From Kudoa neothunni (lineage: Eukaryota; Animalia; Cnidaria), in assembly GCA_964304625.1 (NCBI GenBank), contig OZ199838.1, positions 15,490,929 to 15,554,928 of the forward strand: DNA of 64,000 bases, in the 5' to 3' direction. Below are positions 12,479-26,204 of this stretch, piece after piece. The notes below the pieces were generated by a model, which saw nothing but the letters and a program-made list of their open reading frames with translations, searched no databases and was not told where the DNA came from. Each line of letters begins with the position of its first letter. Position 1 is the first letter of the stretch. A program made the translations under genes and the position numbers.

Positions 12479-13603
12479 GATACAATTTGAAAGCTTTGAC
12501 TTGGCTATCCAAATAAAATCCCCGATATTCAATTTTCGAATCTCGTATTTTATTCTATTCGCCAAGAGAGACAGAATTTGAGGATTGTTGTTGAGCTCGA
12601 TTTGATCGACCAAAAGTAGAATCTCGAAGGAACCTTTCTCTAAGATGTATGTGTGATTCCGATTATCGAAGAGTGATGACATTGTTGAGCTGTTGGGTGG
12701 ACAGTGAGATTGACTATGAACTTCATTTTGAGGATTGCAACCAGTATTTGGGTCTCCGCAGAGTTGCGAATGTGCATGAAACAATTTTTCCGCCAATTCT
12801 ACACCCGCGTCTGTTAGCACATATCTTGAAATTGTGGTCAGATCAAAAATGCACCACAATTTCCGTGAAAATACCTAACTATGCGATCAGCTATAATTTC
12901 AATTAGATTCTTTTTAATTAAGGTATTGGCTGTGATTTGAAACTTTGTGGCATTCATATCACCATATTGTTGCCCATGCATTAGAATTTCGGCCCTATTT
13001 AAATCTGTTTTCCTTTCTGAACCCGAGTCCCTCGATGTGTTACACAACAAAGCCAGCAACACACCATAACCCATAGACTTGTATTTTGGTATGTAACTCT
13101 TCTTAGAGGTGGTGTTCTTTTTCGGCTGTAACCAAAGTTGAATTAGTTTGTAAGCAAATATATTAGAAATACATTAGTGGAAGCTGTGGTTTCAGTCGCT
13201 GTGTTAGCAGAGAAAAGTCTAGGAAGTGGAATAATGTTCGGATGATCTTGGATATACTTTTTCCAACATTTTTCCAATTTTTCGGCAATTCCGGGCCCTA
13301 TCCAAAAACACAATCAAACAAGAAATCATTCCTAATTGCGCCCCACCAACTGATTTCAATATGGTTGCTTCCTTAGGACTCTCTAACGGCAATGGATATC
13401 GTAACAAAGAATCGATTGCCTATTGTTTAAAAAATTTCTTTTTAAGAAAATTAAAGAGCGACTTTAGCGTAGCAGTATTGCGAATTGAGATCCCTTCTTT
13501 TAGCTTCTATGTGCCATTTTTCTAACCACCCCAAAAATAAAATATTTGGAAATGGAACAGTTAAATTTTTATTGCTGATTAAAAAGCGCTTTTCATTGCT
13601 CAT
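11381..13603 (-). CDS. MUS81: Crossover junction endonuclease MUS81, multi-exon
   Basis: N-terminal PNILFLGWLEKW..LLRYPLPLESPKEATILKSVGPGIAEKL (HhH); winged-helix YIPKYKSMGYGVLLAL..RYVLTDAGVELAEKL; ERCC4 nuclease LNIGDFIW..VERKTIADLSSSIIDGRFHEQK; C-terminal HhH ending KLGKALSEYIYEILF*. Confidence 0.95.
12437..12474. repeat. (AT)n microsatellite in a MUS81 intron
   Basis: Perfect AT dinucleotide run. Confidence 0.9.
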
Positions 13604-13625
13604 GCTCGATATTCGATGAAGGATC

Positions 13626-13647
13626 TTTCGCGCAAATTTGCGCGCGA
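13626..13647. promoter_or_regulatory. E2F-like palindromic site upstream of MUS81
   Basis: TTTCGCGC overlapping the 16-bp palindrome CGCGCAAATTTGCGCG, ~25 bp upstream of the MUS81 ATG, in CpG-poor DNA. Confidence 0.5.
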
Positions 13648-13938
13648 CTTGATGAACACTTTCAATAATCTCGCGAATGTTACGATTAGATTAGCGCTTC
13701 TCTACATATTTTGCATCTGTGTCCTCTTGCTATTATCTGTGCTCATTACGTACATCCTTAAATTATGGAAAAGTCAAGGCTTAAATTTAAATATGAAGTC
13801 AATTTTTATATGTACGCGAATAAATAATCCCAATGAAAAATGTTTAAAAATTATAAAATTGATTATTCCAAGTTACATTCCAACTTATGAATTTTCATAA
13901 TTATTTCTAAATAAATCAATTCGTTACGCATAATTTTA

Positions 13939-13973
13939 CCCTCTAACGAACTTTGGATGTAGTACACCCCTAC
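13939..13973. mobile_element. piggyBac-type terminus; partner end uncertain, possibly 17290
   Basis: TTTA|CCCTCTAACGAACTTTGGATGTAGTACACCCCTA resembles the TIR at 141; only a short AGAGGG|TAAA counterpart at 17285-17294. Confidence 0.5.
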
Positions 13974-14318
13974 TCGACTTTAATCCTCTCGTAAAATCTA
14001 TAATTTTCTTTTAAACTTCATGGAATCTTCTCTATTCTCCTAAATAAATGATATATGCCAATTCGAAAAGTTCTGAATAAAAATAAATATGAACAAAAAA
14101 TTTATCTTCCGACAAATTTTGTTTTGGTTTGGTTTGGTTTGGCTTGGGGTGAAAATAACCACAGATTTTTTTGAATGAGATTGAAGATAAAAATAAATTC
14201 TATGGATGGATTTCGGAGAAAAATCATAAATATTACAATTATTAATCTTTCATAATCCGATATTGTGAGGTCATTGAATAATTCGTCGGGATTCACATAA
14301 AACTAACTGCTGTCTTAA

Positions 14319-16581
14319 CCCTCCGATCGCCCTAGAAAAGACCATACACTTTCCTCCTTTGGGATAAAATTTTCCCCAGACGTTTTACACATTAAATTTA
14401 TGCTAGTTTCCTTACATTTTTTTAATTATAGAATTTTTTCTCATGAGAAATAAGAAAAAACGAAAAATATATGGAACGGTTTAATATAACTATACGAGAA
14501 ATCATTAAATATAGTGTAGACTCATCAGAAACAAATGGAAATTATTCTATTATGGAAAAATTTTCGTGTTTCATGATTTTATTTTTTCCTGCAATTACAA
14601 AAAAATTATTTCTCGTTGAGCATTGTGCGAATAGAAACAAATTAAACTAACGGGCCAATACAAATGCAAATATATGTTACGACAAAATTTACTTAATTTA
14701 AGAAGACATTTAACACAAATAACGTTTGAGTGCTCCTCACAACAGTTTGTCTTCCAAACTGAACAAATAGATCTTGTTTTTTGTCGCGGTTTCTCTCACA
14801 TGGGCAACACCTTTTTCTACTTCGACTTGAACATTCCATAGACATATTTGCTCTATCTTCTCATTATTAATGTTCACAAAATCTGCTACAAGACTGTCCG
14901 CGAGCATTTCTAAATACTTCAACCTAGAGCGGTTAGGGTCAACGAATATTTTTTATAGATATAGAATGAGTTAATAAAACTTATGTCAACCATATTATAA
15001 AAAAAACTGCAGTAGGCCAACGTTTCGTGTATCATTTAACGCTAGCTGTGGCAATTATATGATCAACTGTATCGACATCTACCTTTCACTTGTTATCATG
15101 AAGTATGGTCTCATATTTATTAGTAACATTATCGTCAACATTTGTATTATAAGAAGACGTTGTTGGAAGCAAAACTGATTATTTTTTGGAACGTATGAAA
15201 GCAACATCAAATTTGAGTAAAATAAAAATCTAGGACTGTTTACTTCTCTATTTCGGTGTTTCTTTAGATACTCTGGAGTGTCTCTCTTGTTACTTTGGAT
15301 CGTACCAAACATAGTCATCCCCTAATTCAAAAGCTTTTCGGCAACAGGAATAGAACCGAAAAAATTGTCAAATACAATATTTCTGCCACTGTCATTAAAA
15401 TTAGCAACGAGTTACAAAACCACACTTTCACCAACATTTTTGACTCTCTCGCTATAATTTCTTCCCAAGTAAATCGATATATTGTGGGTTTATTATGTAT
15501 CAGGGTCGGCGACAAGGAAAAATTTTATAACGCATACAGCAGGTTTTGACGGCATGTATTGTTTAAAGGGACACTTACCTCTAAATGCAACAAGATGCTC
15601 GTCGATGGTTAAAATTTATTTGACTCACGTCTTGCTTCACGAATTCCAAAATCATCAAAATGAAGAGACCTTGATATTTGAACAAATCTCTTGAGTGGTA
15701 TTATTTTTCTGAATATGCTTCTCCCATTGTCTACACTTCAAAGTAATTTTAAGGATTCTAATTTTAATTTAAATATGAACCTATAAATTAGTAATCCAAG
15801 ATAAACTTTTAAATCTCCCCGTTTTATAGATTCCGACTCATTATTGTAATGAAAAAAATCCAAATTTGTTTGTGTTGGAAGTCACACTAGAACAAAATAA
15901 TATGTCAACAAATATCAAGAATGTATCCGATATTTCTTTAATTCTTGTTATCGCGTAGGCGTTTAAACCTGGGATCGGATGAAGTATGTTATCCTTGTGT
16001 GTTTTTGTGATCTTTGGTACCACGGAAGACCAAGCTATTCCATTTTTGTCGAGGAATGGGTTGTCAGGTTTTGCGTTATTTCGTCATCAGAGTTTCCAGA
16101 TTCGGATATTGAATCAGATAATTATAGATTTTCGTCTACTACACTTGCTTCGGAATCATTTTCTGAACAGAACTCATACTCAAAATAGCTAATTTTCAAA
16201 ATGTATTTCCCCATCGATTTTAGCGAATCTTCTTTAAGTAAGTTTTTGGTGTTTATTCTTTATATTCTAAGGTAAAATACTCTCATAATTTGATTTGATT
16301 TGATTTAATTTAAACGATATATTTTTCTTTGAGACAAGGTGCATGTATTTTTACGTTTTCCTAAAACAATTGACTGAGGTCAATTGGACTCCAAAGAAGC
16401 AATGTGTATTTTGATTATTTCATTACCTAATGTATTAATCCTAAATTTTTTATTACTTTAAAATGAAAAAACATACTATAGGAGAATAGCTTGATTTTTA
16501 AAATAATTGAGTCTTCGAGGCAACATAAAATACATCACAAAATCGCTTGGTGTCAATTTTATCCCAAAGACACTAGGAAGG
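14319..16581 (-). mobile_element. piggyBac element with degraded transposase on the minus strand
   Basis: TTAA at 14315-14318 and 16582-16585; ends CCCTCC... and ...GACACTAGGAAGG share the CTTTGGGATAAAATT box. Minus-strand motifs TIDEHLVAFRGKCPFKQYMPSKP, GRNIVFDNFF, GTIQSNKR, DVDTVD, KRWPT, with stops and frameshifts. Confidence 0.88.
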
Positions 16582-16972
16582 TTAACGACGGTTGGAAATA
16601 AACATCACTTGATTTTAATTTCTGTCAGATTTTATTATTTTTTGTATATAAGGAAATTTTAACATTAGTTGATTGCCGAAATTTTTCAAAATATTTAATT
16701 CAGGGGTAAATTTTAAATGGCAGGAAGTAAATAAGGTGACACCAAAATTTGATAGATGCAATTTTTGCACAAAGGGGTTTGTGACTTAAGGATTTCTAAG
16801 GAATTAGATTATTCAGGGATATTAAACTCAATAAGATTTTGGTAGAAATGCTTAAAATGTTTTAAGGAATAAGTGCTTAACAATTATTTTTAAAAATATA
16901 ATCGGTCACGTCCTTATATCTCTCGTTTATTTTTTAGTGATGGAGTCTAATAATAATAATAATACTTAAAGG

Positions 16973-17193
16973 AGCTATTTTCATGGTAAATAATATTTGG
17001 ATATCACTAGTTTTGACTGCTTTTAATTATGCCTGGGCCCTAGGAACAAAGGATTGGGATAGTAATAAATTATAATAGCAAAATCTAAAAGATAAAATTT
17101 TTAGACAGCTTGCAATTAAGAGTTTATGGGATTAAAAAATGTCATTTTGCAAGCGTAAATGCCTTTAGGATTAGAATTTAACCTCAAATAGCT
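16973..17193. mobile_element. ~200-bp TIR MITE, copy 2
   Basis: Termini AGCTATTT...AAATAGCT; colinear similarity to the copies at 8409 and 31505. Confidence 0.6.
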
Positions 17194-18699
17194 TCTGCTG
17201 TAGTTAAACCAGTATGAAACCTTAGAGTAAAAATGTTATTGGCTTAGAAGCTAAGGACGTAAATTGATATGATTCACCAGGCCGAGAGGGTAAATTTTAA
17301 CAGTTGTTGAGAATTCCTGATTAAATAGATTCGCCCATCCGAATTAGTAGGATTAAATTAAACATTAGTTGAGGTTTTCCCCAAAATTTATTCGTTGGAA
17401 TTTTTTTGTATTAAACAATTTAAATTAAAATAAGTTGTGGGGATATTAATTGAAAAAAAACAGAGTTTATTTTCTTCTCAAAGATCGCCGGTGAGTGGTC
17501 GTTTTCAAATAACTTAGAGCAGTGTTCCCCTACAAATTTTACACTCGTACTTTCATCCTAATTTCCGCGTTAACTTCGCACTTCCTCCTCCATGTGAATG
17601 TCAAGACTCAATTATACTTTTTAATTTAAATGCGATAATAATACCGATGAAAAATGTCCTAAAATTAAAATTTTTATTATTTTAGTTTATATTTTATCTT
17701 CAAATTTTCCCATTTAGTTCTAAAATAAATTAAAACCAAAATGTTTTGGTTAGCTCAATTTGCTATGAATAATTGAAAAAGGATGAATATTATCTTTTCA
17801 CTCCTCATGACTTAACACACGATGATTGGAGCTATTATTCATTCCTGCTTACACATACCATTTTTATGTAAACTAATAAATAGTTCTAATAAATTATGTC
17901 ATTATAACTATTCCAAAATATTAGACGTAAAAAATAAATATAAACATAATACTAAACTATAAAAAGTATGGTCGTTTAAATAAGTTTTGTTTTTAAAAGT
18001 GAAAATTAAATAGGCCAAATAAAATTAACAAATCACTATAATTCACCAAAAAACAACGACAAAAAATTGCCAGTCAATGGAATTTTCATGTCGTCTCCTA
18101 ATTATTATTATTATTATGATTATTAAATAAAAATGATAATAATTAAAATTGAACGTCATACAAGGAAGAGTGAGTTGTAGTAAAAATTTTTTACTCTCTC
18201 ATTACTAGTGTACATATAATTCAACTATAACAAAAATGGGCCTCACCCAAAGGAAAGTGAACTCTAATAAACACTTGAGGAATTACCATTCAATGGTCCC
18301 AATAATTGTATTATAAATTTATTTTAAAATAATTTCTATTTAATTATTATATTATGTTTAGAATATGTAAGAAACATATTTCATTCATTCATTATTACAT
18401 TACAGTATAGCGTTTTGTAGACAATTTCAGTTATTTTAACCATCGTCAATATATACATATATTATTTAATTTTTTTTATTTGTTTAATGAATCCTCCTTT
18501 TCTTAATATTATTATTATTATTTCTAGATTGTAAATTTTATTCAATTATTTTTCCCATCAAATAATGACGAAATAAACTATTTACAGAAAGATTTTATTT
18601 ATTTTTTTAAGAAGTTGAATTTTCAAAATTACACATTGGTAAAATAAAAAAATTAACAAAGATAAACTAATTTTTAATAAATCATATACATATGGCAAC

Positions 18700-18920
18700 G
18701 GTTATTTACACTGATCATAATATCCAGGTCTGTGTTGTTTTGACTATATTTAATTTCAGTAGGTTTCTAGGAATAAAATCGATTGACTTCAAATAATTAA
18801 ATACAGCGGATTCTAAAAATAACTTTATAAATTACTATGAATAGGATTCACCTGAATTAAAAATGGACATTGCACAAGCGTAGATGCCATTTTGAATAAA
18901 TAATTCCCAATTCAATAGCT
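18700..18920. mobile_element. ~200-bp TIR MITE, copy 3
   Basis: GGTTATTTACAC...TCAATAGCT; shared internal blocks TTTTGACTATATT, CAGCGGATTCTAAAAAT, CAAGCGTAGATGCC. Confidence 0.55.
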
Positions 18921-19708
18921 AATGTCTACACAATACTTGAAAATAAAGTTAGTTAATTCGGCCTACCTTTTTTCTGTTGATTACAAATAATTGTTTTTAT
19001 ATTCGGTTGTCGACGGGATCTCAAAAATGATTGTATCGAATACGGTTTTCGAATTGTTACGTTGGGAATAATCCGGGAGAAAGCGGGATCGCAGAAATGG
19101 GGCCGCGGAGACCTGGGTGTTCACAGTACATCTAACTGGAATCATTTACTCTCGCGGTAAAGATTGAAAATATATATAGAAACACTGAAGAATTAAGGTA
19201 ATGGGCTAAAAATGATTATTTTTAAAATTTAATCTACTCTCTTATAGACAACTATCAGGCAAAGAGGGATGAAAAAAACTGAAAAATATCAACTTTCTAG
19301 GTAGCACTTTCCAAAGATATTTTAGAAAAATTACATAAACTTATAATTAACTGAAATTTTGTACCTTTAAATATTATTCATTTTATCGTTAAACTAATAA
19401 AACAGCAGTAACAAATGACAGAGCCCTAGGATTTGAATTTACAAGCATACACTTGAAATAGATAGTAGAAAATCTGTTTTTGCACGGTCGTTTTATATAG
19501 ATATATTTATTAATGCGATATATATTAACCCTCGAAGGACCAACTTAAAAAAATTAATACGAGGAACTAACTGGGGTCATTTTTGACCGCAAGACTTTTT
19601 CTTGTTTTTAAACAGTTAAATTCTTTTACTCCATCCAGTTGTTATACTTATTGTATGTATTTAAAAAATTAGATGATGAGATTTCTACTATTGCTAAGTT
19701 ACTATTGA

Positions 19709-21959
19709 CCCTCTAACGATTTTGGGGTAAATTTTACCCTCAGGCGATGTTGTATTCATTGTATCTTTTTGTCTCAATTATTGAATCTCACCAAATTTTC
19801 GGTATTCCTGCAACTTATAATGATCTTTGTTTTTAAACAAATTGAAAAAAAAACTAATGAATAAAAAAGTTTTTATTTAAAGATTATTATCTAACGTTTT
19901 TTTGGTAAAATTTACCCCACTTTTTTATTACTTTAATGCAAAGAGTATAGTGTAAAAAGTGGAATAGTAAAGTTTTAGTTAAATTAAACGAGTAGATTTT
20001 AAGAAAACAACGAACAAAATGACTAGTTGAGACAAAGCGCATGTGCGCGCAGTACATAATTCTAAATTAATGACGTAAGTGATTTCATTGACGAATTTAC
20101 CTTATCTGGAAGCGAATTTGATGATAAAATTATTGATGAAAATGATATATGGGATGAAGAAATAGATTCGATTGAATCCAATGATAATGCTTTAAAAAGT
20201 AAAGATGTAATTCGTTGGACTTAGTTAAAATCATCTTCGAGGAAAACCTGTGTCGAAAATATAATGAATTCCATTCGTTGAGCCACATCATATACGTTGT
20301 TAAAAATAAAATCATTCATAGATTGTTTTTTGTTATTCTGTACTTCAGAAATCTGTAGCATTTTTATAAAGTATACAAATATGTTTGGGAATTATTATTT
20401 CAAAGATGAGTGGCAAGATATCGATGAAGTTGAATTTAAGGGTTATGTAGGTTTATTAATACTAATGGCTATTCATAAGGATAGGCAAGAACTGTTGTGG
20501 GAATTTTTTAGCGTCAATGAAGGAAAGGAAATTTACAGACGATTGTTTTCACATCAGCGTTTTACTCAAATTTCAAGATCCCTTCCTTTTGACGACTTCA
20601 ATACAAGATCGTAACATAGAACAACTGATAAATTTTGCCATATTCGTGAGATATGGGATATATAGGTTGACATACTACCAAAATGTTTTGCTCCAAACCA
20701 AGATGTTACAGTGGATGAGCAAGTCGTCTCTTTTAGGGGAAGATGTCCCTTCCGTCAGTATATGCCCATGAAACCGGCGAAGTATGGCATTAAATTTTTT
20801 TTATTGGTGGATCTTACTTCCAACTATGTTTCGAATATCAACGTGTATCTGGGAAAAAATAATTTTGAGGGACCGATGAAATGTAATGTTGCGGAAAGCG
20901 TTGGTCTTCCCTTATCAAAACCTTTATTTCATTCTGGTAGAAATGTTGTGGCCGATAAATTTTTTTCTTCCGTTTCACTAACTCAAAAATTATTGGAAAA
21001 ATTTGTTTACGTTTTTGGGAATCATTCGTAAAAACAAAAAAGAAATACAATCTTGCCTTCTTCCTTCAAAAAAAGATCACTCTACATTAGTAAATCTGCT
21101 TTTCACGAGAAATATACGATGACTTCATACGCTTGTAAAAAAGGTCAGGCTGTCATATTGTTATCCACAGGTACCGCTGATGATACTGTCACCGATTCGT
21201 CTAAAAATTTTAAACCTCGTACTATAATCCAGTACAATGCAACCAAAGTTGGGGTTGATAATGTGGGCAGAATGTTGGGATCAATTTCTACGAGGAGATT
21301 TACAAGAAGATGGCCATTTATCGTCTTTTACAATATAATTGATATTACGTTAATTAATGCGTTTTCATTATTCAATGACATATTTAAACCAGAGAAAAAA
21401 CTAAGAAGAAACTTTCTGAAAGAGATTGCTCAAGAAGTGTACAATCCACTTTTAAATAGAAACTCTAACAAAGTTATTAAGAGCAAGTCAAGCGTATGTG
21501 GTGATCAAAAAATAAAACCAAATTTCAACGGGAAATTATCACGCTGCGATTATTACGAAAGAAAACCTCTAAATTGTGCTTAAACTGATATAGGTTTTAT
21601 TGTCCTACTCATGCCTCGAAATTGTGTTTCAATTGCCGAAACTAATTTTGTTGCTTATATTTAGTATTTTTTAGTTATCGCTTATCGTTTATGAGTTTTT
21701 TACTGGCTGATAACGTTACTTTTATTTAATATACACTTACGGAGAATATCGATATATTCCATTAATGTCATAATCAGGATTAATTGGAGAGTATTTCGTG
21801 TAATTAACTCAATATTCCAATGAATCCACTCGTTAAAATTTAGCGATACTTTGTATTCCTCGATTAATTATTTTTCTACATACAATGGCGCAATAAAAAA
21901 GAGGGGCGATTTTTACCTCAAAAGTGTTACAGGGTACTATTTTTGAGATCCTTAGAGGG
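19709..21959 (+). mobile_element. Near full-length piggyBac element nested inside 19529-22770
   Basis: TTGA|CCCTCTAACGATTTTGGGGTAAATTTTACCC, internal repeat at ~19890-19920, right end GAGATCCTTAGAGGG|TTAA. Confidence 0.9.
20064..21645 (+). pseudogene. piggyBac transposase pseudogene
   Basis: VTVDEQVVSFRGRCPFRQYMPMKPAKYGIKFF, VADKFFSS, YNATKVGVDNV, RRWPFIVFYNIID and a Cys-rich tail, split by stops and frameshifts; related to the transposase at 1156-2698. Confidence 0.92.
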
Positions 21960-23011
21960 TTAAATGCTTACTCCGCTCCATAAACCATTGTCCATGTTAC
22001 TCGTATATTAATAGCTATAATGTATTAAATGGGGATGGATAGCACTATTTCGGAATAGTTCCAAGGAGTAAACGATAATAATAAAATATCTAATTGGGTA
22101 TTGATGTGAACTTTGAGCATCAAAACCCAAGAATTTGGTGATAACCATCTCCAGTGTGCCTCTCTAATACGCATATGCAACTGTAGATTATGATTTAATT
22201 TTTTTATTAAATGGGGGCCTTCTTTCTAGCTAACATGTAATTATTCAGTTGTGCAGACTATTAAATGTAGTTTTAATAAAAAATAAATATATATTTTAGA
22301 GCTTCCAACTAATTTGATTGACTCTCCTTTTTAATTTAAAGTAGAAATTTGATGTATGCCTCCCTTTATTAAATTCATTTTGAAGACTCTTCTAAAGGGG
22401 AATCTCTGGATAATCCCCATAGCCGAACGGAATCCATCGGTGCAAAACCAAAAAATGTAACTATTACGTTTCTAAAAATGCTCTAACACTTTTTAATCAA
22501 ATTTAATTCCATTAGATAACTTAATAATATTTATTATTTTGATATGGATTCGCAATAAATACGTTTAAATGAAGTAGCGGGCATATCACTTATTAAAGTG
22601 AAATATTTAAATCAGTAAATATATTTTTTTCATGATAACTTTATAATTATCAATTACAAACTATAATTAAGGAATCCAGAACTTTTAAGCCCTCACCTTT
22701 ATTTCGACATGCGAAAAAGTCAAACTATCGAAATTGGGGCCACAAATGACCCCAGTTGACCCCTCGAGGGTTAATCACTAAATGACTTAGAAATTATTAT
22801 CTCAACAAAGAAATGAACACGCGAGTAAATGATGAAATATTACCAAACCGTTAAAACTCATAAAAAATATAAATCTGCCACAATTTATATAATATATATT
22901 TTCTTTTGTCTGATTATTTTTTGGCAAACTTGGTGGCACGTCTGTCGACGCAACATATATTTGCAGAATAAAGTCGCCATGATACTTCGTAAGTGTTTTT
23001 TTAAGATGAAC

Positions 23012-26000
23012 TCATTTAAAGAGCTGAGGATCATTCTCTTTGGTGCATTCTTTATCTTCTGATTTAGACGAATGTTTTTTTCGTCTATATGTGGTCTTAC
23101 GTTTCCAACACATTGGATCCTCCTTCATGCGTTGCTTTTTAAGCTCTTCGGCCCTTTTTCTGTATTCCTGTTTTAGTTCCGTCGATAACATGCTCCAGTC
23201 GCTGCCAAGCATTTTTGATATATATCTTTAAATGAATAAAATATTATAATAAATAAATATAAATAAAATAACCTATTATCTTTTCCTGGGTGTTTTTTGA
23301 GTAGAAGAGGTCTTTTTTCTTGTGAATATAGAAAAAACCCATTCATAGGTCGTCTTTTTGTCATTGGAACGTTTGTTTTTAGTTTATTTGTTATTTTAGG
23401 TTTGGATGGATGGTCACAAAATGTAGGAGAGTGATTGGAACTGATTTGGATTGAAGGAATGATGGGCTGCTGGATTGATGCCACATTGACACTATTCACC
23501 GTAGGATCTTTTGAGCGGAAATTGTGGTAATTGCTATTTAAAATATAGAAAATTTATGTTTAATGTATAGTTATTTTATAAGCCATATAATAATACTGTA
23601 TTAAGCAAATGAACATACTTGAATAGATTTTTTCCCCTTGATGATGTCCATAAAGTAACGTTTTCGGGTGAGGAAAATGATGACTGATTCTCTAGTAGAA
23701 CGTTTGACGTATTCGTTGTAAAAGTTTCGAAAGTTCTGTTGTCAACTAGGAATGGATAGACGTATGCAGGAAGAGGTTTTGGCCATGCCATAATTGTGTC
23801 ACCAACTTGTAATATATTTACATTCATTCTTTCAAGTTTGTGGAATGAGCACCAACCTAGGTAATAATGATTGGATATCTCCATTATTGGATTAAATATA
23901 TAGATTTTAAATTACCATTATCACTAGTATAGAAAAGATGATTATGAGGACAATCTACGTATAAATTTATAAGGTAGCGTCCCGTGAATATTGGTATTTT
24001 TATTTTCACAATATATCTTGGCTAAAATGTAGCATTAATAAATATTTCACAAAATATACACACAACAGCAAGGTTATATCGAAAATAGTAGCAAAATAAT
24101 AAAATCACTTACCATTATATATTTATCGAGGTAATCGCTCAGTCCAATGTCATATATTTGAAGCCTCTGTCCCACTTTCCAGATCTGCATCAATTGCTGG
24201 AAATAAGCATTTCCGAAAATAGATTTATCACTGCAAAACCACGTCCCTATCAATTTTCCTGAAACTTCAATCTATTAACATTTGATGAAAAGGATCATGA
24301 GGACATTAATCTATAAAATAGAGTGTTACATTGATCATGCAATCTTCATTGAACGCCATAATAAACGGCGTTTTAGTACGCGTTATACGATAACTAGGGT
24401 ATCTAATAGGGTCAGAATTATAATTTTGGTCTAATTCCTCTTTATGCTGAGACCCTGGCGTTGAACTTCCTTTTGGTCTCATCGCACGAATATTAGTAAA
24501 ATTTTCTTTTAGTTGGTCTATGATTGACGCCTTAAACGAATCTGTTGTAGTTTCTCCTTCGTCATTTCTTGTACTAATTGGAACAGTTGGAAAGCATGAC
24601 TTAAAGGAGTGGTCCGTCGAGCAAAAGTTATTGTTTATGTTCGAATTTTCGTTGTTAGGATTTATATAAAATTTAGGGTTGGGATAGGAGTTGATTGTTT
24701 CAATTTTAGGAGTAGAATGAATAGAACCGATGTTGGAATTGGTGTTACTGTTGTGCGTGTAAGAAATATTATCCATGTAAGTGTTGGTTGTGGGGTCAGA
24801 ATTTCCATACATATTGGTTGTTTTTGAAATATTACTGGGTGGATTTTTTGGGATTGAATAGGGTCCTCCTGGTGCTATGTCGTTGGTGTTAGCAAGTGGA
24901 GGGAATTTATAATTTGGATTGATTTTTTGGTTAAAATATGGCGATCGGAAATTTCTTTGAAAACTGCGAGACGATGTATTATCACTTTCACAAAGGATTC
25001 TTGGAAAAGACATGTCATGATTGTATTGGTGTATTATTTGTTTTGATTCTACAGGAAAGGTGACATCGCCTCTAGTCATATGATGATGAGCTGGTTGTGG
25101 ATGTCGGAGGAATACATCATAGGGATAATTCTGAATTTCTCTAGGTAAAGTGTTGTTCATGCTAGGCATAGAAGCAATCGCAATGAACTCCGGAGGTTCG
25201 CCTCCATGATTAATTAATTTTGTTTGAATTAAATTTGGTGGGGTGGTGTTTTTATCATTAATTATATGAAAGTTTTGTCCCAGATCAACAAGAAGACGAC
25301 GTCTTTTGGGGAGGTTTTGGTTGGGAACAGCCTCCAATGAACGGTTAGGGTTGTTTTGATTGATTATCGAGGAGTTATTAGTAGATGACTTGTGAGTGGG
25401 ATCTGGATTATATGAAGTTACAGATGAAACACTGTAGACGACAGTTTCCTAAAAATAATAAAAAATATGAATATTCAATTCGAAATAATAATCTCGGCGC
25501 TAATTTAATCAAATTTATTTTATAAAATTACCATCTCACTCATTGTTTCATCCATTCGTGAATGGGTATTCAAATCATTGGAAATTGTAGTAGAATGATT
25601 TTGAGATTTAGACCTAGCTTGAGAATCGACGGCCTGTTGGATCCATTGTGTGTTTGTAGAATTTGTTTCGATTGGTGCATTTATATTCATATAATAATTC
25701 CCAGATTGAATACCATCGGAAATGCCGTAGTTTAGATAAAATCTAAAATCGGTTTCTGCTTTTGGAGGACCAAGGAATATATTAGGTTGTATGTTATGAC
25801 TATAACCATAATTTTGTATTTGTGGACAATCCCTTTCATCTTTTACTACAAAAGTATAGATTAAGATTATAAAATTGAATTCTTTTCTATTTATGATATA
25901 ATGGTTCATATTCAATTAAAGTCCATTTTAGCTCAACATGAAAGATAATTTTAGAGTTACCATCGATCACTTAATCAACTTATTCGGTAAGTTGTGTGAG

Positions 26001-26204
26001 ATCGTTGATTATTTAGAAATTGCCCAAAACAGTTATAATAATATTATTCTATATTGTACTATAGGATGTATCTATTCATGAGAGCTAATGATGTTTAACA
26101 ATTATATATAAACTATTAGAAGATTTAAAAGTGTTACAAACGACTCAATAAAATTTACTTAGGGCATTGGGGTTGGTTCCAAAGAACGGATCGTCTGGAG
26201 ACAT
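23012..26204 (-). CDS. HBP1: HMG-box transcription factor HBP1 (AXH + C-terminal HMG box), multi-exon
   Basis: HMG box KRRPMNGFFLYSQEKR..HPGKDNR|DISKMLGSDW..DPMCWKRK (cf. HBP1 YPGKDNRAIS..NPDCWKRK); AXH motif DCPHNHLFY..GWCSF..LQVGD; long N/P/S-rich N-terminus. Proposed first coding exon MSPDDPFFGTNPNAL (start less certain). Confidence 0.88.

Larger units (their letters stand above)
19529..22770 (-). mobile_element. Non-autonomous piggyBac element (~1 kb net); outer element of nest 2
   Basis: TTAA|CCCTCGAAGGACCAAC...AACTGGGGTCATTTTTGACCGCAA and TTGGGGCCACAAATGACCCCAGTTGACCCCTCGAGGG|TTAA. Confidence 0.85.

Noticed and set aside
13939-17290. Third complete piggyBac nest
   Set aside because: Only 6 bp of TIR match at 17290 and the flanks TTTA/TAAA are not direct repeats; only the left terminus is reported.
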